This document shows positions 62,140 through 64,000 of a DNA stretch of 64,000 nucleotides, in pieces. The stretch's first letter is position 1. Each line of letters begins with the position of its first letter. The DNA is taken from positions 123,876,001-123,940,000 of the forward strand of contig NC_042999.1 of assembly GCF_006345805.1 (NCBI RefSeq), given 5' to 3'. Origin of the DNA: Octopus sinensis (Eukaryota). The translations under genes were made by a program, and so were the position numbers. The notes under the pieces were generated by a model. That model ran no database searches. It was not told where the DNA came from and saw only the letters and a list, made by a program, of their open reading frames with translations.

Positions 62140-63670
62140 TTAAGAAAAATCAGTGAGTCAATCATACATCGAATTTGGTTTCACTTGGATAAAAAAAAAA
62201 AAAAAAAACCATAAAGATTTCCCACAATGTGTTCTGTGTCATAAAGTTCTATCAAATCATTCAATGAAGCCAAGCTTTCTGAAATGGCATTTCTTTGAAT
62301 GCAAAGAAAGAATTGGAAAAAAAAATTAGAAACCTTACACAATCACTAAAACTTTGATCTTGCCTTGCTGCAAAGATATTGTTTACCATATGTTGGTAGA
62401 AAACGCTGCAAAGAAACCGAATACCCTGCCACTGTTAAATGATATGGATATCTGAAGGATATCTAGCATGTCAGATGATATAAAAATGAAAGGTAATTTC
62501 AGAAATTTAAGAGGATCTGCTAGATATCTTTATTATTCAACTTGATAACTTCATAGATATGGCATCTGATACTCAGCTGCTTTTATGTACAAGATATGTA
62601 AATGATGCACATTTACAAAAAGAATTCCTGATTTTCCAAATCTTGAAGAGTATAACAGAGAGAGAAAAATCATAAAGGTAGTTGTATCTAGTCATTTTAC
62701 AAAAGGAGGTCTTTTTTGGAAAATGGTAATTGGTAGCACAATTAGGAGAACACCTGAAATGCTGGATTATAAACATGCTTAACTGAGTAAGAGTGCTATG
62801 TATTAAGAACAAACACTGATTCAAAGTAATTGCTTATGTGAGAAGACACTACTTCCAGCTCCCAAACCTATTCTTGATGTCGTTGTAAGATGAATTTTGT
62901 CATTTCTAGTTTTCTGAGTACAATGATTCTATGTTAACTATGTCAAGAATTAAATGCTGAGGTATAACCATTTTCATTTAACATAGGCATTAGATGGCTT
63001 TGAAGAAACAATATTTTGACTCAAGTTACAGTGTCGGAAGAAGAACCAAAAGAATTCTCTTCAAGATGCTGAAAAGATAAACCAATCAAGTTTATAGGTA
63101 AATTACCTGACAATAAACTAGTGGTGGGCCCATGCTAACCTGCCTAAATAACATTTTCTTCTGACCCAAGGTAATCTAGTAACACTTATAGATTTTGTTG
63201 ATAAATTAGAAGTCATTGAATGAAACTTTAGTGGTGGAATGAAAAACTAAATATAGGTTGTTATGATGTTTTTGAGAATATGGCTGAATGTCCTCTACTA
63301 GAGAAAAGGACATCAATGAAATCATTGTGTTAGCTCAGAAGCATTTTCTTTCACTGTATGATTAATTGGATTCCTATTTTCTTGGTATTAGTTTCTATGG
63401 TCAAAGATCTTGAAGCTTCTTCACTAATAAAATTTAGACGTCCCAATATTACTTATTTGTACCTAAAAAGATATGTGGAGAGATTTTCTCAGTTTCCTTC
63501 CATTTACAACTATGAACAAGATTTTTGTGGTAATATATATAATGAATGAAAAGCAAATTTGGTGAGTGACTGTCATTTGAAAATGATATGCAGATGTGTC
63601 TCTCTGAAACTTTTTTCTAAAATTGAGTTACTTGCTGGAAAGAGTCAAGCTTGTCTACCCCATCAAAACT
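62140..63670 (+). mobile_element. Decayed hAT (Charlie/ZBED5-like) transposase
   Basis: YIEFGFTWI; FPQCVLCHKVLSNHSMKPSFLK (BED finger); AAKK..LPL.ND..RISSMSDDIK; QLD..DMA..QLLLCTRY; FLPFTT; LENDMQMCLSE..GKSQACLPH (hAT dimerisation end). Confidence 0.9.
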
Positions 63671-64000
63671 TTAACATTAAATTAAATTAAACTACCATCA
63701 ACTAATACTTATCTATCATCAGTTCTATGATATCCATGCATTTTAAGCTATATTCTTCACAACTCTGTCAGAGTTAATAGGCATTTACATTTTATTGAAT
63801 TCAGTTCAAGGCCTGACAGCATTGAGTTCAGATCTTGTCAGGGTTGAATTAGTATTTCACCACATTCACTGCTGATTGAAGAAACAAGTAGTATTAAAAT
63901 TCACAGATTACTCCAGATTCAGTTGCCATGCATAATTTTAGATACTGCTTCCAAGCAGAAACCATAGTTGGGCAACTGAGATAATAAGCTAGGACATAAC

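Overview
AT-rich, repeat-dense eukaryotic DNA. The dominant tRNA-headed SINE families look like those I recall from Octopus genomes, so the organism call is an inference from repeat recognition, not a search result. Most ORFs in the supplied track are microsatellite or SINE artefacts. Supported content: about 35 SINE copies from at least 4 families; decayed non-LTR elements (R4/Dong-like, RTE, CR1/L2-like, a Penelope-like GIY-YIG end); DNA transposons and MITEs (mariner, Tc1, Tc2/pogo-like, hAT, piggyBac-like, a Helitron fragment); and many microsatellites. No host gene could be identified by family. A phase-compatible chain of small minus-strand exons (40392-40511, 32276-32382, 24442-24475) suggests the window may be mostly intronic to an unrecognised gene. 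The most interesting signals are two near-complete type I hammerhead ribozyme folds (34057-34116, 57824-57881) with palindromic mini stem III and non-canonical stem II junctions. One sits in the loop of a 156-bp inverted repeat whose arm starts 4 nt from the predicted cleavage site. There are also several decayed hammerhead-like motifs, a gap-free 256-bp palindrome, and a triple SINE array that appears to reuse one target site. No CRISPR array, rRNA or genuine tRNA gene was seen. All alignments and translations were done by eye, and SINE boundaries are approximate.
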